In this document: one piece after another, positions 20,498 through 30,540 of the stretch | How positions within the stretch are numbered: position 1 is the stretch's first letter | Layout: each line of letters opens with the position of its first letter | Source: Deltaproteobacteria bacterium | Lineage (GTDB): Bacteria; Desulfobacterota; DSM-4660; Desulfatiglandales; HGW-15 | Assembly (NCBI GenBank): GCA_016930835.1 | Contig: JAFGGA010000204.1 | Span: 10,783-74,782 of the forward strand | Direction: 5' to 3' | DNA length: 64,000 nt | The notes under the pieces: generated by a model | What the model was told of the DNA's origin: nothing | Databases searched by the model: none | The model's input: the letters and a program-made list of their open reading frames with translations, nothing else | Program-made: the position numbers and the translations under genes

Positions 20498-21603
20498 CGC
20501 AACGGACCATGGACCTCATAACGATCACGAACAAATTTGTTTTAGCCACCCATGAACAATACCGGACCGTCATGCTTCAAAGTGGCAAAACCTATTTGAT
20601 GCATAAAAATCCATTGGAGAACATCATCGAAAAGGGCTTGGGGAAATATGCTAAAGGGTATGATTATCTCGATCACCTTTCCCAAAATGATCTACAGCCT
20701 CATAAAAAATCCCTTATCGTTCTTTTCCTGTTTGATGGCGGCCTCGGTGATGCCATTTCTCTTGCCTTGCTACTGGATGCCTTGAAAACGGAATATAACA
20801 TCTTATGCAATGTGGCGTGCAAATATGAAATCTGGCAGACCATTCTCTGGCCGTTAGGCTTCCGGGGAAGTTGGTTTCAAGTCCCGCTTGATCTGGAAAG
20901 GATTCAGGTCCATGATCGCATCCAAATAAGGGCTGATCGATTTTTTCACGGTAACCCTGCCAAATGGGAACTTTGTGTCATCAACGAAATGAGCAAGTCC
21001 TATGGAGTTGATCTTTCAAATCGAACCCTGCGATATATGGTTCCTGAAATAATAACCAAAAGGATGGTCCTTCCGAGTACCTTGAAAATACGCATTGGCG
21101 TGAATCTGGACTCCAATGGTCTCACGCGAAGTTATCCGTTTGCCCTTCAACCTGTTCTCATTCAGTATCTCTTGGAAGCGGGATTTGAAGTATTTCTTCT
21201 CGGTCTCCATGAACCGAATATCATGGAACCTAAAAACGACTGTCTTCATAATTATTGCGGTCAGACAACGGTCATGGAATTAGCGGCATTAATACGCCAG
21301 ATGGATTTCATGTTATGCATGGACTCCTTTATGGCCCATCTTTCAAATATTCTCGGAATCAAGACCCTGGTTTTATTCAGTGTGACCAGAAAAGGAATCT
21401 ATGCCTGGCATAAACATGTTTCATGTCTGGAGAGTCTGATTCCTTGCAGCCCTTGTGGTGAGATCGGCAATGAATGTCCAAGGCGGCTTGATGGATGCCG
21501 GGCCTTTTCCCATGAGAGTATAACCCCGGAGATTATCATCCAAACAATCATCCATCAATGCGTAAACCATCTGAATGCTACAATCTTGAAATCTTTTCTT
21601 TAA
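20494..21603 (+). CDS. GT9 (heptosyltransferase-like) glycosyltransferase
   Basis: GGLGDAI, DSFMAHLS, C-terminal CSPC..C..C. Confidence 0.8.
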   Translation: MTQRTMDLITITNKFVLATHEQYRTVMLQSGKTYLMHKNPLENIIEKGLGKYAKGYDYLDHLSQNDLQPHKKSLIVLFLFDGGLGDAISLALLLDALKTEYNILCNVACKYEIWQTILWPLGFRGSWFQVPLDLERIQVHDRIQIRADRFFHGNPAKWELCVINEMSKSYGVDLSNRTLRYMVPEIITKRMVLPSTLKIRIGVNLDSNGLTRSYPFALQPVLIQYLLEAGFEVFLLGLHEPNIMEPKNDCLHNYCGQTTVMELAALIRQMDFMLCMDSFMAHLSNILGIKTLVLFSVTRKGIYAWHKHVSCLESLIPCSPCGEIGNECPRRLDGCRAFSHESITPEIIIQTIIHQCVNHLNATILKSFL

Positions 21604-21639
21604 AATCGTTACGATTGATGACTTGAATCATCAAATGAA

Positions 21640-22638
21640 ATGACATTCAGTGATGATATGAACATAGCCGTATCCATTGCCATCACAGGCGGTATAGGCG
21701 GTATTGAAAGGAATATCTTCACTTTCACAAAGGCCCTGACATCTTATTCCATTGATATCTATACCATGCAATTTATTCCAAGGGGATTTGTTCCGCGTGG
21801 AAAAAATGTCACGATCAAATGGTTTGAAAAAAAAGAAAGTGATCTGTACATTGCTTTAGATGATCAAAAATATTACGATCTATATTTTTACTATGCGGCT
21901 TGTCAGCCCATCTATATAGGAGATCACCTGAATGTTGGTAAAAAAATTATTGTGCCCAATGGAAATGATATCAGGGCCATTGAAAACAGATTTGACCATG
22001 TGATCTGCCAAGCTGACGATGGGATAAGATATTTTAGTAACAACCATAAAAAAATCTCCATCACCCCATGCGTCATTATTCCGGTAAACCGCACGGAATA
22101 CATTCCGAATATCCCCGATCAATATTTTTTAACGGTTTTTAATCCATATGATCGTGAATCGCTTTATGAAGACGGGCTGAAACCCACTAAAGGATATGAT
22201 CTCATCTATGAGCTGGCGGATCACATGACATTGCCTTTGATATGGTGTCACAGTGGAGAGTCTTTGCCCGTTAGCCATAACATCAAAAATCACCCCAACA
22301 TCATCCATTTTTCCAATCTGGCTCAGGAAAAACTTTACTATCTTTATGAGAATGCAACCGCTTATGTATCATTTTCCAGAGAGGAGAGCTTTGGATGGTC
22401 CTTGGCGGATGCGATTATGTTTGACAAACCTATTATTAGTCGCAACATCGGAATTATTTCTTCTCTTAACAAAGATCAACCCGGTTTATACATTTATCAT
22501 GATAAAGATCAATTACTGGATTTGTTACATTGCAAAACCTTTCACAAAGGAAATTATGACAAGGCGCCATTTTCTCCTGTCCTCTTTAAAAATAAAATAT
22601 TGGCTTTGGCGGGAAAGGCTCCGGCTGTATTGCAATGA
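21640..22638 (+). CDS. GT4-like glycosyltransferase
   Basis: GGIGGIER, KGYDL, SREESFGWSLADAIMFDKPII. Confidence 0.8.
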   Translation: MTFSDDMNIAVSIAITGGIGGIERNIFTFTKALTSYSIDIYTMQFIPRGFVPRGKNVTIKWFEKKESDLYIALDDQKYYDLYFYYAACQPIYIGDHLNVGKKIIVPNGNDIRAIENRFDHVICQADDGIRYFSNNHKKISITPCVIIPVNRTEYIPNIPDQYFLTVFNPYDRESLYEDGLKPTKGYDLIYELADHMTLPLIWCHSGESLPVSHNIKNHPNIIHFSNLAQEKLYYLYENATAYVSFSREESFGWSLADAIMFDKPIISRNIGIISSLNKDQPGLYIYHDKDQLLDLLHCKTFHKGNYDKAPFSPVLFKNKILALAGKAPAVLQ

Positions 22639-22901
22639 TAAAAAACGCATCATTTTCACTCTTAAAAATATCCTTGACTAGCCACCGTCAGATCGAATTT
22701 TCGCTTGCCATATTGCGGCCTTCTAAGGCTAACTGATCTTGTTCGGACAATTTTGAAATGAACAGACCTAATCTTGCCCTTGACCCAATTTGGGAAGAGG
22801 TGTTGAAAGACAAAGATGCTGATATACTCTCTCAGTCTGCCGGATGTTATTTTAATGTAATTCGTGAAATTCATATCATCTTAAAGGTGCAAAAATAGTC
22901 C

Positions 22902-24740
22902 ATGAAACCGGAGCCCACCCTTTCATTATTTATGATCGTCAAAAATGAAGAGGCCATGCTTGCACGCTGCTTGAAAAGCGCCAGACAATACGTAAATGAG
23001 ATCATCATCGTTGATACCGGTTCCACGGATCAAAGCGTTGATATTGCAAAAAAGTTTGATGCAAAGGTATATCACCACACATGGGAAGGTGATTTCGCGA
23101 AACACCGTAACCAGGCTATTGGTTATGCCACCGGTGATTGGTTGTTGATGTTGGATGCGGATGAAGAATTAAGAGAAGGTAGCGGGGAGATATTACTGGA
23201 AGCTATTCGAACCGATGAGGTGGATGCCATAGAGGTGTTCAATGTCAGTTTTTTTAACAAAGGCGTTAGTGAGGCATGGCTGAATCAAACCAGGGTATTT
23301 AAAAACAAACCAGAAATCCGTTATACGGGCATTGTTCATGAACAACTGATCGGTGTTGCTCGGAGTAGAAGATATCCCATATTTCTCAATCATTACGGCT
23401 ATGACCTTGAGAAGGATATGGCTGAAAAAAAACACCAACGAAACGTCAGTCTTATCAAAAAACAGATTCATAAAGAACCGGATAACTACTTTCACCATTT
23501 GAACCTAGCCGTTTCCTATTCCACCCACTTTGAATTTCAAAAGGCTGTAGAAGAAGGTCTCGAAGCAGTTAGATTGGCGGAGGACAAAAACATCTTTGAT
23601 CATAACTTGTTATGGGCCAAGTATATTGTGGCGTCTGCCTATTACAAACTGGATGATCTGGATCAGGCTGAAAAACAAGCTATGGCGGCCATAGAGCTAT
23701 CACCGGATCACCTGGATTCGAACTTTATCTTGGCCCTGGTATATCATCGAAAAAAAATTTGGGACAAGTTAGAAATCATATCTGGAAAGATACTTTCACT
23801 CTATAAATTGCTTTATCAATCACCTGAAGCCTTTAGCTCTCGTTTAATCCATATGGCTAATGAAGAGTGGCGTATCCATATCGGGCTGGGTGATATGTAT
23901 CTGAGCCAAGGAGACCTTGAAAAGGCTGTTCAATCGTTTGACGCCGCCTTGAGAATAACCTCTAATCAAAGTGAGTGTTATAGGATAATCGGTGATTGCT
24001 TTCGATATAAAAAATCTTACGAATACGCTAAGGCACATTACAAATCTGCCATAGAACAGCGCTATGATAATGCGGAAGCCATATACGGTCTGGCCTTAAC
24101 ATATAAAGACCAGAGTGACGATGCCAGATATTCAGAATTGATGGAATCCATTAAAAAAAACTGGACAGAAAATCCCGAGATTTTCTGCGAAATGGGCATT
24201 TTGAATATCAAAAAAGGAAGATATGAGTCGGCCATTGATCATTTTCAGCAAGCTATTGCATTAAATAAAGACTATTTTCCCGCATATATCAATCTTGCCC
24301 TGGCATACAAATATCTCGGGAAACTGGATGATGCACTGGATGCCAACCTCCAAGGACTGAGATTAAGACCGCATGAAATAGATGTACTTATCAACCTTGG
24401 CCATCTTTATTATACAAAAGGCGAATTCCCTTTAGCCAAAGAAATTTTTTTGGAGGTCCTGGAACGGCAACCGGACCATATGGATGTACTGCTTTATGCG
24501 AGTGAACTTTTCCTGATGGATAATAATATTGAAATGTGTGTGCATCAATGTGATCAGATCTTAAAAGTGCTGGGATTGCCTTGTGACATGACATTATCGA
24601 GTATAACCGATCTGGCGGGCCTTTTCGTACTGGTAGGTCACGTATTACACGAGAATCAAAAACCGAATCTTTCCAAAAAAGCATTCCAAATCGCCTTTCA
24701 ACTCGACCCACGGATCGGCGTGATCTGGGAAGCCTCTTAA
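22902..24740 (+). CDS. GT2 + TPR glycosyltransferase (flagellin-glycosylation type)
   Basis: MIVKNEE, VDTGSTD, W..DF..HRN, LDADE, VHEQ, HYGY followed by TPRs. Confidence 0.92.
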   Translation: MKPEPTLSLFMIVKNEEAMLARCLKSARQYVNEIIIVDTGSTDQSVDIAKKFDAKVYHHTWEGDFAKHRNQAIGYATGDWLLMLDADEELREGSGEILLEAIRTDEVDAIEVFNVSFFNKGVSEAWLNQTRVFKNKPEIRYTGIVHEQLIGVARSRRYPIFLNHYGYDLEKDMAEKKHQRNVSLIKKQIHKEPDNYFHHLNLAVSYSTHFEFQKAVEEGLEAVRLAEDKNIFDHNLLWAKYIVASAYYKLDDLDQAEKQAMAAIELSPDHLDSNFILALVYHRKKIWDKLEIISGKILSLYKLLYQSPEAFSSRLIHMANEEWRIHIGLGDMYLSQGDLEKAVQSFDAALRITSNQSECYRIIGDCFRYKKSYEYAKAHYKSAIEQRYDNAEAIYGLALTYKDQSDDARYSELMESIKKNWTENPEIFCEMGILNIKKGRYESAIDHFQQAIALNKDYFPAYINLALAYKYLGKLDDALDANLQGLRLRPHEIDVLINLGHLYYTKGEFPLAKEIFLEVLERQPDHMDVLLYASELFLMDNNIEMCVHQCDQILKVLGLPCDMTLSSITDLAGLFVLVGHVLHENQKPNLSKKAFQIAFQLDPRIGVIWEAS

Positions 24741-24742
24741 CC

Positions 24743-25891
24743 ATGCAATTTCTCGTTGCCAATCATGATACCACAGCCCGTATCTTCGGTCATACTTATC
24801 TTTTAAAGGGTTTTAGAAATCCTCTCGCGGATTGGAAGGATATCCTTGTCGCGGACGACGCTGCCACTTCAGATTTGTTGCGGCACCACAAAGAATCCCT
24901 CTCTTCCGCCGCTTTGGACCAGGATCAAATCGCGGATCTTCCAGCGCCTTTATCATCCCTGGATCAAATCAAAAATGGAAACAAGATCCTGCTTTTGAGA
25001 AGCGGTGGTATCGGTGATCACATCATGCTTTTGCCGGCCCTTAAGGCATTCAGGAATAGATTAAAAGATCAATCCGTCACTATACAACTTTCGGTTCAAG
25101 AGGATATGTTTCCTATCTTTCAGGGAAATAATGATATTGATCATCTATATCCACTCCCTTTATCTTTATCCGATATGTTGATGGCGGATTTCTTCATTGA
25201 TTTTTCAGGATCTCTTGAAAAGGCCCTTAACAATGATCTCCACCTGACCGACTATTTTATGCGTGCTTTCCATCTTAATCGTCATGGCGCCTATGACATG
25301 AATGGACTGGTATCTGGGAATCTTTCAAATTCATCATTGATCATTACACTGTTCAGCAGACTTAAGAAGATGAATCCGGGCCGGAGGATTATTTTTTTGA
25401 ATTGGCGCGCTAGCACGCGCATAAAGAGTCTCCCGCCATATCTTTTTGCAGAGATCACGAAACAATCAAAAGATATCATATTTGTGGCCGGCCATCCCAA
25501 TTCATTCGCTTCCATTACCGATGAAGAAATATCAAAACATAATCTTCAAGCCATTAACATCAGTTCTCACCTCAAAACGCTTTATGATTATTTTACGGCG
25601 GTCTCGCTTTCTGACATGGTTATCTGCTCGGATACATCTACCTATCATATCGCTTCGCTTTACCAAAAACCATCGATGGTTATCACCGGTCCGACATATC
25701 CAGTGCTGACCAAATACTATCCACGCTGTATCGCTATTGAGGCCCGATATCATGGAGACCTTTGCCAGGCACCATGTGGTCGGGTGCGGGGTGAATGTCC
25801 AGAGGCACAGCGTCTGAAGACGCCATTCAGCCCCTGCCTGATGTCGATATCACCGCGGGAAGTGGCAAGTGAGTATCATCATTTTGTATAA
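24743..25891 (+). CDS. GT9-like glycosyltransferase
   Basis: RSGGIGDHI, DTSTYHIA, C-terminal CQAPC..C..PC. Confidence 0.8.
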   Translation: MQFLVANHDTTARIFGHTYLLKGFRNPLADWKDILVADDAATSDLLRHHKESLSSAALDQDQIADLPAPLSSLDQIKNGNKILLLRSGGIGDHIMLLPALKAFRNRLKDQSVTIQLSVQEDMFPIFQGNNDIDHLYPLPLSLSDMLMADFFIDFSGSLEKALNNDLHLTDYFMRAFHLNRHGAYDMNGLVSGNLSNSSLIITLFSRLKKMNPGRRIIFLNWRASTRIKSLPPYLFAEITKQSKDIIFVAGHPNSFASITDEEISKHNLQAINISSHLKTLYDYFTAVSLSDMVICSDTSTYHIASLYQKPSMVITGPTYPVLTKYYPRCIAIEARYHGDLCQAPCGRVRGECPEAQRLKTPFSPCLMSISPREVASEYHHFV

Positions 25892-25897
25892 GATATA

Positions 25898-25944
25898 TGG
25901 CGTAAGGTATTCGGTTTGTCCTTTGCTCTTTACGCTACGCACCT
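25898..25944 (+). repeat. G-rich then C-rich degenerate heptamers
   Basis: tggcgta aggtatt just after stop 25891, then tgtcctt tgctctt tacgcta cgcacct. Confidence 0.55.
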
Positions 25945-25994
25945 GTATCTCGAACCGCCCGAAGAAAAACTGGTCATAAAATCCCGATCCATTG

Positions 25995-26019
25995 CGGCCG
26001 GGTATAAAACCCGTCCCTG
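25995..26019. repeat. REP-like palindrome (TATAAAA-loop family)
   Basis: cggccggg tataaaa cccgtccctg. Confidence 0.7.
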
Positions 26020-26050
26020 TGATAAACAGTTTCTAAAAAAAGATTCCATA

Positions 26051-28636
26051 ATGAAACCCACCCTTTCCCTCTGTATGATCGTCAAAAACGAGGAAAACCT
26101 CCTTCCCCGTTGTCTGGATAGTGCCAAGGACATAGTCGACGAGATCATCATCGTGGATACCGGCTCAACGGATAATACGATCCAGATTGCACAACAATAT
26201 GGTGCAAAAGTCCATATTCATCCGTGGGAAAATGATTTTTCAAAACACCGTAATCAGTCCATCTCCTACGCCTCCAGTGAATGGATTCTCTACCTTGACG
26301 CGGATGAAGAGCTGATCCCGCCAAGTGGGCAAATCATCAAAAACGCGATCCAAAATCAAAGCATCGATAGCATCGCTGTACAGATCATCAACCCATTTAA
26401 CAACGGGAAAAATCAAGCTGTATTCAACGCGGTTCGTATCTTTAAAAAACATGTCCGATTTGAAGGCATTGTCCATAACAGGGAGACGGGCTGCGTGAAC
26501 ACCCTTTTTTATCCTGTCCGCATCTTACATCATGGATATAATCTGAATATTGAAAAGACGAAGGTGAAATTTGCCAGGACTTCAAGTCTTCTAAAAGAGC
26601 AGATCCATCAAGATCCGGATAATCCATTACCCCACCACTATTTATCCGCATCATACTTAAGCATGGGTGTCTTTGAACAAGACTATTTCCATAAGGCGGT
26701 CCATGAGGGTATGAAAGCTATTCACCTGGCCAAAGAGCAACAAAATGGTGACCCAATCTTTCTCTGCAGCCACTATATCGTCGCGGCAAGTCACCTGAAC
26801 CTGGGGAATATCGTTGACGCGGAGGCTTTATGTAAAAAAGCGTTGGATATTTTCCCAGACCATTTGGATTCGTATTTCCTCCTTGCCAAAATATACGACC
26901 GAAAAGGAGAAATCCTCCTGGGCAAGAAGTCGGCTGAGCGTTATCTTGCCGTGCATGATGAAATAACCAATAACCCGGGCAAGTTCGGGAGGTTGATTAA
27001 CAACTCATATTGGGGCCGATGGCTGATCAAAATTTTCCTTGGCAAGATCATTTATGAAGAAGGGGAGATACAGAAAGCCCACCGAATGTTTAAAGAGGCC
27101 ATTGAGAACGCAAAAGAAAACGCTGAGAGTTATCGTCTGATCGGTGAATTTTTCTTACGAAAAGCCGTATTTCATGAAGCCGTCGCACACCTTGAGCAAG
27201 CGACCAGGGTTCAGGAAGATCAGTTAACGCTTTACATGCTGATGGAAAGCTATGGTCAACTATGGGATGTAGACAATCAAATCAATATTCTAAAAAAAAT
27301 AATCAAAGCATTTCCTCAAGAAATAGACAATATCAATCGAATCGGGTTGGTTCAATTTGAGAGGCTAAATTACAAATTAGCGAATTTTTGCCTGGAAAAG
27401 GCGGTTGAGATGGGGAGAAAAACGCCTGAAAACCTATTGAAGCTCAATCATGCCAGAGATATTTTAAGGCGGATTGATCAAACGAAGAGAACAAACATCG
27501 ATTCACCACCCTCCATATCGGCATGTCTTATGGTCAAGAATGAAGAGGTTTTTCTTGGAAACTGTCTTAAAAGCATCAAACCTCATGTGGACGAAATCAT
27601 CGTAGTAGACACTGGGTCAACGGACAAAACCGTAGAGATTGCCAAGGGATACGGGGCAAAGGTATATCATCATCCATGGGAAGGAGATTTCAGTAAACAT
27701 CGTAATCAAAGCATATCCTATGCGCGGGGTGATTGGATTTTAGTGATCGATGCGGATGAAGTTCTGGAAAGGGAAAGTGCTGAATTTTTAAGGGGTATTG
27801 TCAACAACACCCTTAAAAATGCACTCCTTATTAAAGAGATCAATTGCACGAAGTCAGGTGAACTCCGATCCGTATTCGGTTTTCCGCGCATATTCAGGAA
27901 CTTTATGGGATGCCATTATCGAGGCATCGTCCATAACCAGCCCTATTTCCCCGGAGAAGCAGAACCCACACCCATCACGTTTTTTCATTTCGGTTACGAT
28001 CAAACCCCTGGAAAAATGGCTGAAAAGAGGAAGCGAACCATTGACCTGTTGGAAAAGCAAATCATGCAGGAACCCGATGCCCTGTTCCCCAGATTCAATC
28101 TGGCCATCAGCCGATTCGGGGCTGGGGATTATGCCGAAGCAGTAAAACAAGGATCAAAAACCATTGAACTTTTAAAGAAATATCGCATCCGGGACCCCGG
28201 ATACGGCACCATCTATTATATCACGGGCATGGCCTTGTTATATATGGATCAAATAGATCAGGCAGAACAAACCGCCAAAGAAGGTATCCAGTTCTATCCG
28301 GAAAACATGGATGCCTATTTTGTTTTAACGCTCGTATATGACCGGCAAAATGATCATCTCAATACCACAAAATTTGGAGAAGGTTTCTTACAGCTTTATC
28401 GAAGGATATTAGACGCCCATGTGATCTTCAATATTGAATATCGTACTATTGGCGGGGCATGGAATATCATGCTCGTCCTGAGTCTGGCCTATTTTCAAAT
28501 GGGGCAATGGGACCAATCCCATCTCTATTTTCAAGAGGCCTGCCGAGTGGCTTCATTGGATGCCTTCCCGCAGTTGGAACGTGACAGGATGGCTAAAACC
28601 ATACAATACGGAACAACCCATTCTTCAACAGCTTGA
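26051..28636 (+). CDS. Tandem GT2-TPR-GT2-TPR glycosyltransferase
   Basis: Two copies of M(I/M)VKNEE / VDTGSTD / HPWE.DFSKHRNQSISYA / DADE / VHN; start at MKPTLSL. Confidence 0.92.
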   Translation: MKPTLSLCMIVKNEENLLPRCLDSAKDIVDEIIIVDTGSTDNTIQIAQQYGAKVHIHPWENDFSKHRNQSISYASSEWILYLDADEELIPPSGQIIKNAIQNQSIDSIAVQIINPFNNGKNQAVFNAVRIFKKHVRFEGIVHNRETGCVNTLFYPVRILHHGYNLNIEKTKVKFARTSSLLKEQIHQDPDNPLPHHYLSASYLSMGVFEQDYFHKAVHEGMKAIHLAKEQQNGDPIFLCSHYIVAASHLNLGNIVDAEALCKKALDIFPDHLDSYFLLAKIYDRKGEILLGKKSAERYLAVHDEITNNPGKFGRLINNSYWGRWLIKIFLGKIIYEEGEIQKAHRMFKEAIENAKENAESYRLIGEFFLRKAVFHEAVAHLEQATRVQEDQLTLYMLMESYGQLWDVDNQINILKKIIKAFPQEIDNINRIGLVQFERLNYKLANFCLEKAVEMGRKTPENLLKLNHARDILRRIDQTKRTNIDSPPSISACLMVKNEEVFLGNCLKSIKPHVDEIIVVDTGSTDKTVEIAKGYGAKVYHHPWEGDFSKHRNQSISYARGDWILVIDADEVLERESAEFLRGIVNNTLKNALLIKEINCTKSGELRSVFGFPRIFRNFMGCHYRGIVHNQPYFPGEAEPTPITFFHFGYDQTPGKMAEKRKRTIDLLEKQIMQEPDALFPRFNLAISRFGAGDYAEAVKQGSKTIELLKKYRIRDPGYGTIYYITGMALLYMDQIDQAEQTAKEGIQFYPENMDAYFVLTLVYDRQNDHLNTTKFGEGFLQLYRRILDAHVIFNIEYRTIGGAWNIMLVLSLAYFQMGQWDQSHLYFQEACRVASLDAFPQLERDRMAKTIQYGTTHSSTA

Positions 28637-28798
28637 AGATGTTTTTCATACGGCGCTGCCAACAAATTGGATTGATTTGAGCACGGGGATGATTCCCAAC
28701 ACTCAAAAGACATATTTATATGGGCACCCATTGGTGTCCAAAGCAAATTTTATTTGAGGTAACAGATTAGCCTTTTGAAAATTGTGAGATGCAAGGCT

Positions 28799-28959
28799 TG
28801 GATTCCGCGATCAAGTCGTGGAATGACGGTTGATCTTACGATCGCTATACCTTCATGAAGCACGCATTTTATTTTTCCTGATGATTTCCCCTTTTCCGCC
28901 TGCCTGCGCCGCGCTCGACGCGGTAGACAGGTCATTCCGCGACTTGATCGCGGAATCCA
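28799..28959. repeat. Inverted pair of GTCATTCCGCGACTTGATCGCGGAATCCA REP-like units with a nested CCTG..CAGG hairpin
   Basis: Copies at 28799-28827 (reverse) and 28931-28959; hairpin at 28899-28931. Confidence 0.9.
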
Positions 28960-28988
28960 ATTGTTTCGATTTTTTAAAACAGCTAAAG

Positions 28989-28997
28989 TGATATAAT
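28989..28997 (+). promoter_or_regulatory. Candidate extended -10 sigma70 promoter
   Basis: TGATATAAT about 110 nt upstream of ATG 29110; no clear -35. Confidence 0.35.
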
Positions 28998-29109
28998 TTG
29001 AATTTTTTTAATTTAAGTGATTGTTTTTGAATTACGTCCAGAACAGGTTTCATTTCAGGTTTCCCTTTTTATCGATAGAGAAAGGGGGTACGACCATTTT
29101 TGGACAAGA

Positions 29110-30540
29110 ATGATGGGCACCAATAAAATCCACATGATCATGCCCATCGGGATGAACCACGGATGGGGCATCTGCGGCCGCTATTTGACCGAAGAGCTAT
29201 CGAAACTTTGTGATATAGAGCTGATTACCGGGGAATTTTCCATGAACGATGTCCAGAATGAAATGGAATTCAATCATCTCAACGCTCTACGAAAAAAGCA
29301 AAACCCTCTATTTAGCGATGATGAAGAACTTGAATACCCGGTTATACAGGCCATACGCGGAATAACGATGGAACCTTGGTATCAGACGTACCGAAGTCCT
29401 TTTCGTGTCGGATATACGTTCTTCGAAAGTGACACCATTGCACCTGAAGCGATCGATCACGCGAAAGCGCATTTTGATTTCATCGTCGCAGGATCAAGTT
29501 GGTGTGAGCGCATTCTTAACGAATTCGGATTTGAAAACACCAGAACCATCATTCAAGGAATAGACCCGCTGCTCTTTCATCCGAATGATACTGCCAAGAC
29601 CTTGTATGAGGATAAGTTTGTCATTTTTTCCGGTGGTAAGCTGGAATTGCGAAAAGGACAGGACCTGGTGATTCGGGCCTTCAAAATCATGCAGGATAAA
29701 TACCCGGACGTGATGCTGGTAAATCTCTGGTACAACCATTGGACCCAATCCATGGAGTCCATGGCCCTCTCGCCCCATATCCGGTTTGACATGCCCAAAG
29801 GGGACTATATAAAGGCTGTTCATCATCTGTTGTCTGTTAATGGAATCGATACCGACAGGGTGATCACCCTCCCGCCCAAACAAAATCATGAATTGTCGGC
29901 CATCTATAAAAATACGGACATCGGGCTCTTTCCCAACCGATGTGAGGGAGGGACCAACCTGGTCTTGATGGAATACATGGCCTGTGGAAAACCGGTGATT
30001 GCATCCTATTCATCCGGGCATAAGGATATCTTATCCGACCGGAATTCCGTGCCTATCAAATCAATGAGACCGTTTGTCGTCCAGAATCAAGATAACAGCA
30101 TCCTGTATACATGGGATGACCCGGATCTTGATGAGATCATCTCGGCGTTGGAATGGGCCTATTGGCACCGGGACAAGATAAAACCAATCGGCGGGACAGC
30201 GGGAGAAGATCTTTCCCATCAAACATGGGCTTGTTCAGCCGAAGCGTTTTATAACGTTATTTGCGGACCTTCATCCAAACACAACCCTGTCGCCGATCCC
30301 ATCGATCATAAACGTCAAGAAGCCCCCGCGTTGTATAAAGAGCAAGAACATCCCCCTGTAAAAGACCCTGAAAAATTCCTCTACGATATTCTCCATAGCC
30401 AGACCGGACAAGGCCCTATAACCCTGAGGGATATGATGAAAAAGCTAAGGGATCATTGTGGAGAATTCTCAAGAACCGAGGCCATTCTCCATATGATGGA
30501 AGCGCTTGTCATTGAATCCACCGAAAGGCGAGGTTGGTGA
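29110..30540 (+). CDS. GT4 glycosyltransferase with C-terminal extension
   Basis: SGGKLELRKGQD, DIGLFPNRCEGGTNLVLMEYMACGKPVIA; start MMGTNK. Confidence 0.88.
   Translation: MMGTNKIHMIMPIGMNHGWGICGRYLTEELSKLCDIELITGEFSMNDVQNEMEFNHLNALRKKQNPLFSDDEELEYPVIQAIRGITMEPWYQTYRSPFRVGYTFFESDTIAPEAIDHAKAHFDFIVAGSSWCERILNEFGFENTRTIIQGIDPLLFHPNDTAKTLYEDKFVIFSGGKLELRKGQDLVIRAFKIMQDKYPDVMLVNLWYNHWTQSMESMALSPHIRFDMPKGDYIKAVHHLLSVNGIDTDRVITLPPKQNHELSAIYKNTDIGLFPNRCEGGTNLVLMEYMACGKPVIASYSSGHKDILSDRNSVPIKSMRPFVVQNQDNSILYTWDDPDLDEIISALEWAYWHRDKIKPIGGTAGEDLSHQTWACSAEAFYNVICGPSSKHNPVADPIDHKRQEAPALYKEQEHPPVKDPEKFLYDILHSQTGQGPITLRDMMKKLRDHCGEFSRTEAILHMMEALVIESTERRGW

Noticed and set aside
28560-28757. 65-aa ORF as a frameshifted tail of the tandem GT2 gene
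   Set aside because: No TPR or shared C-terminal motif, and no evident slippage site
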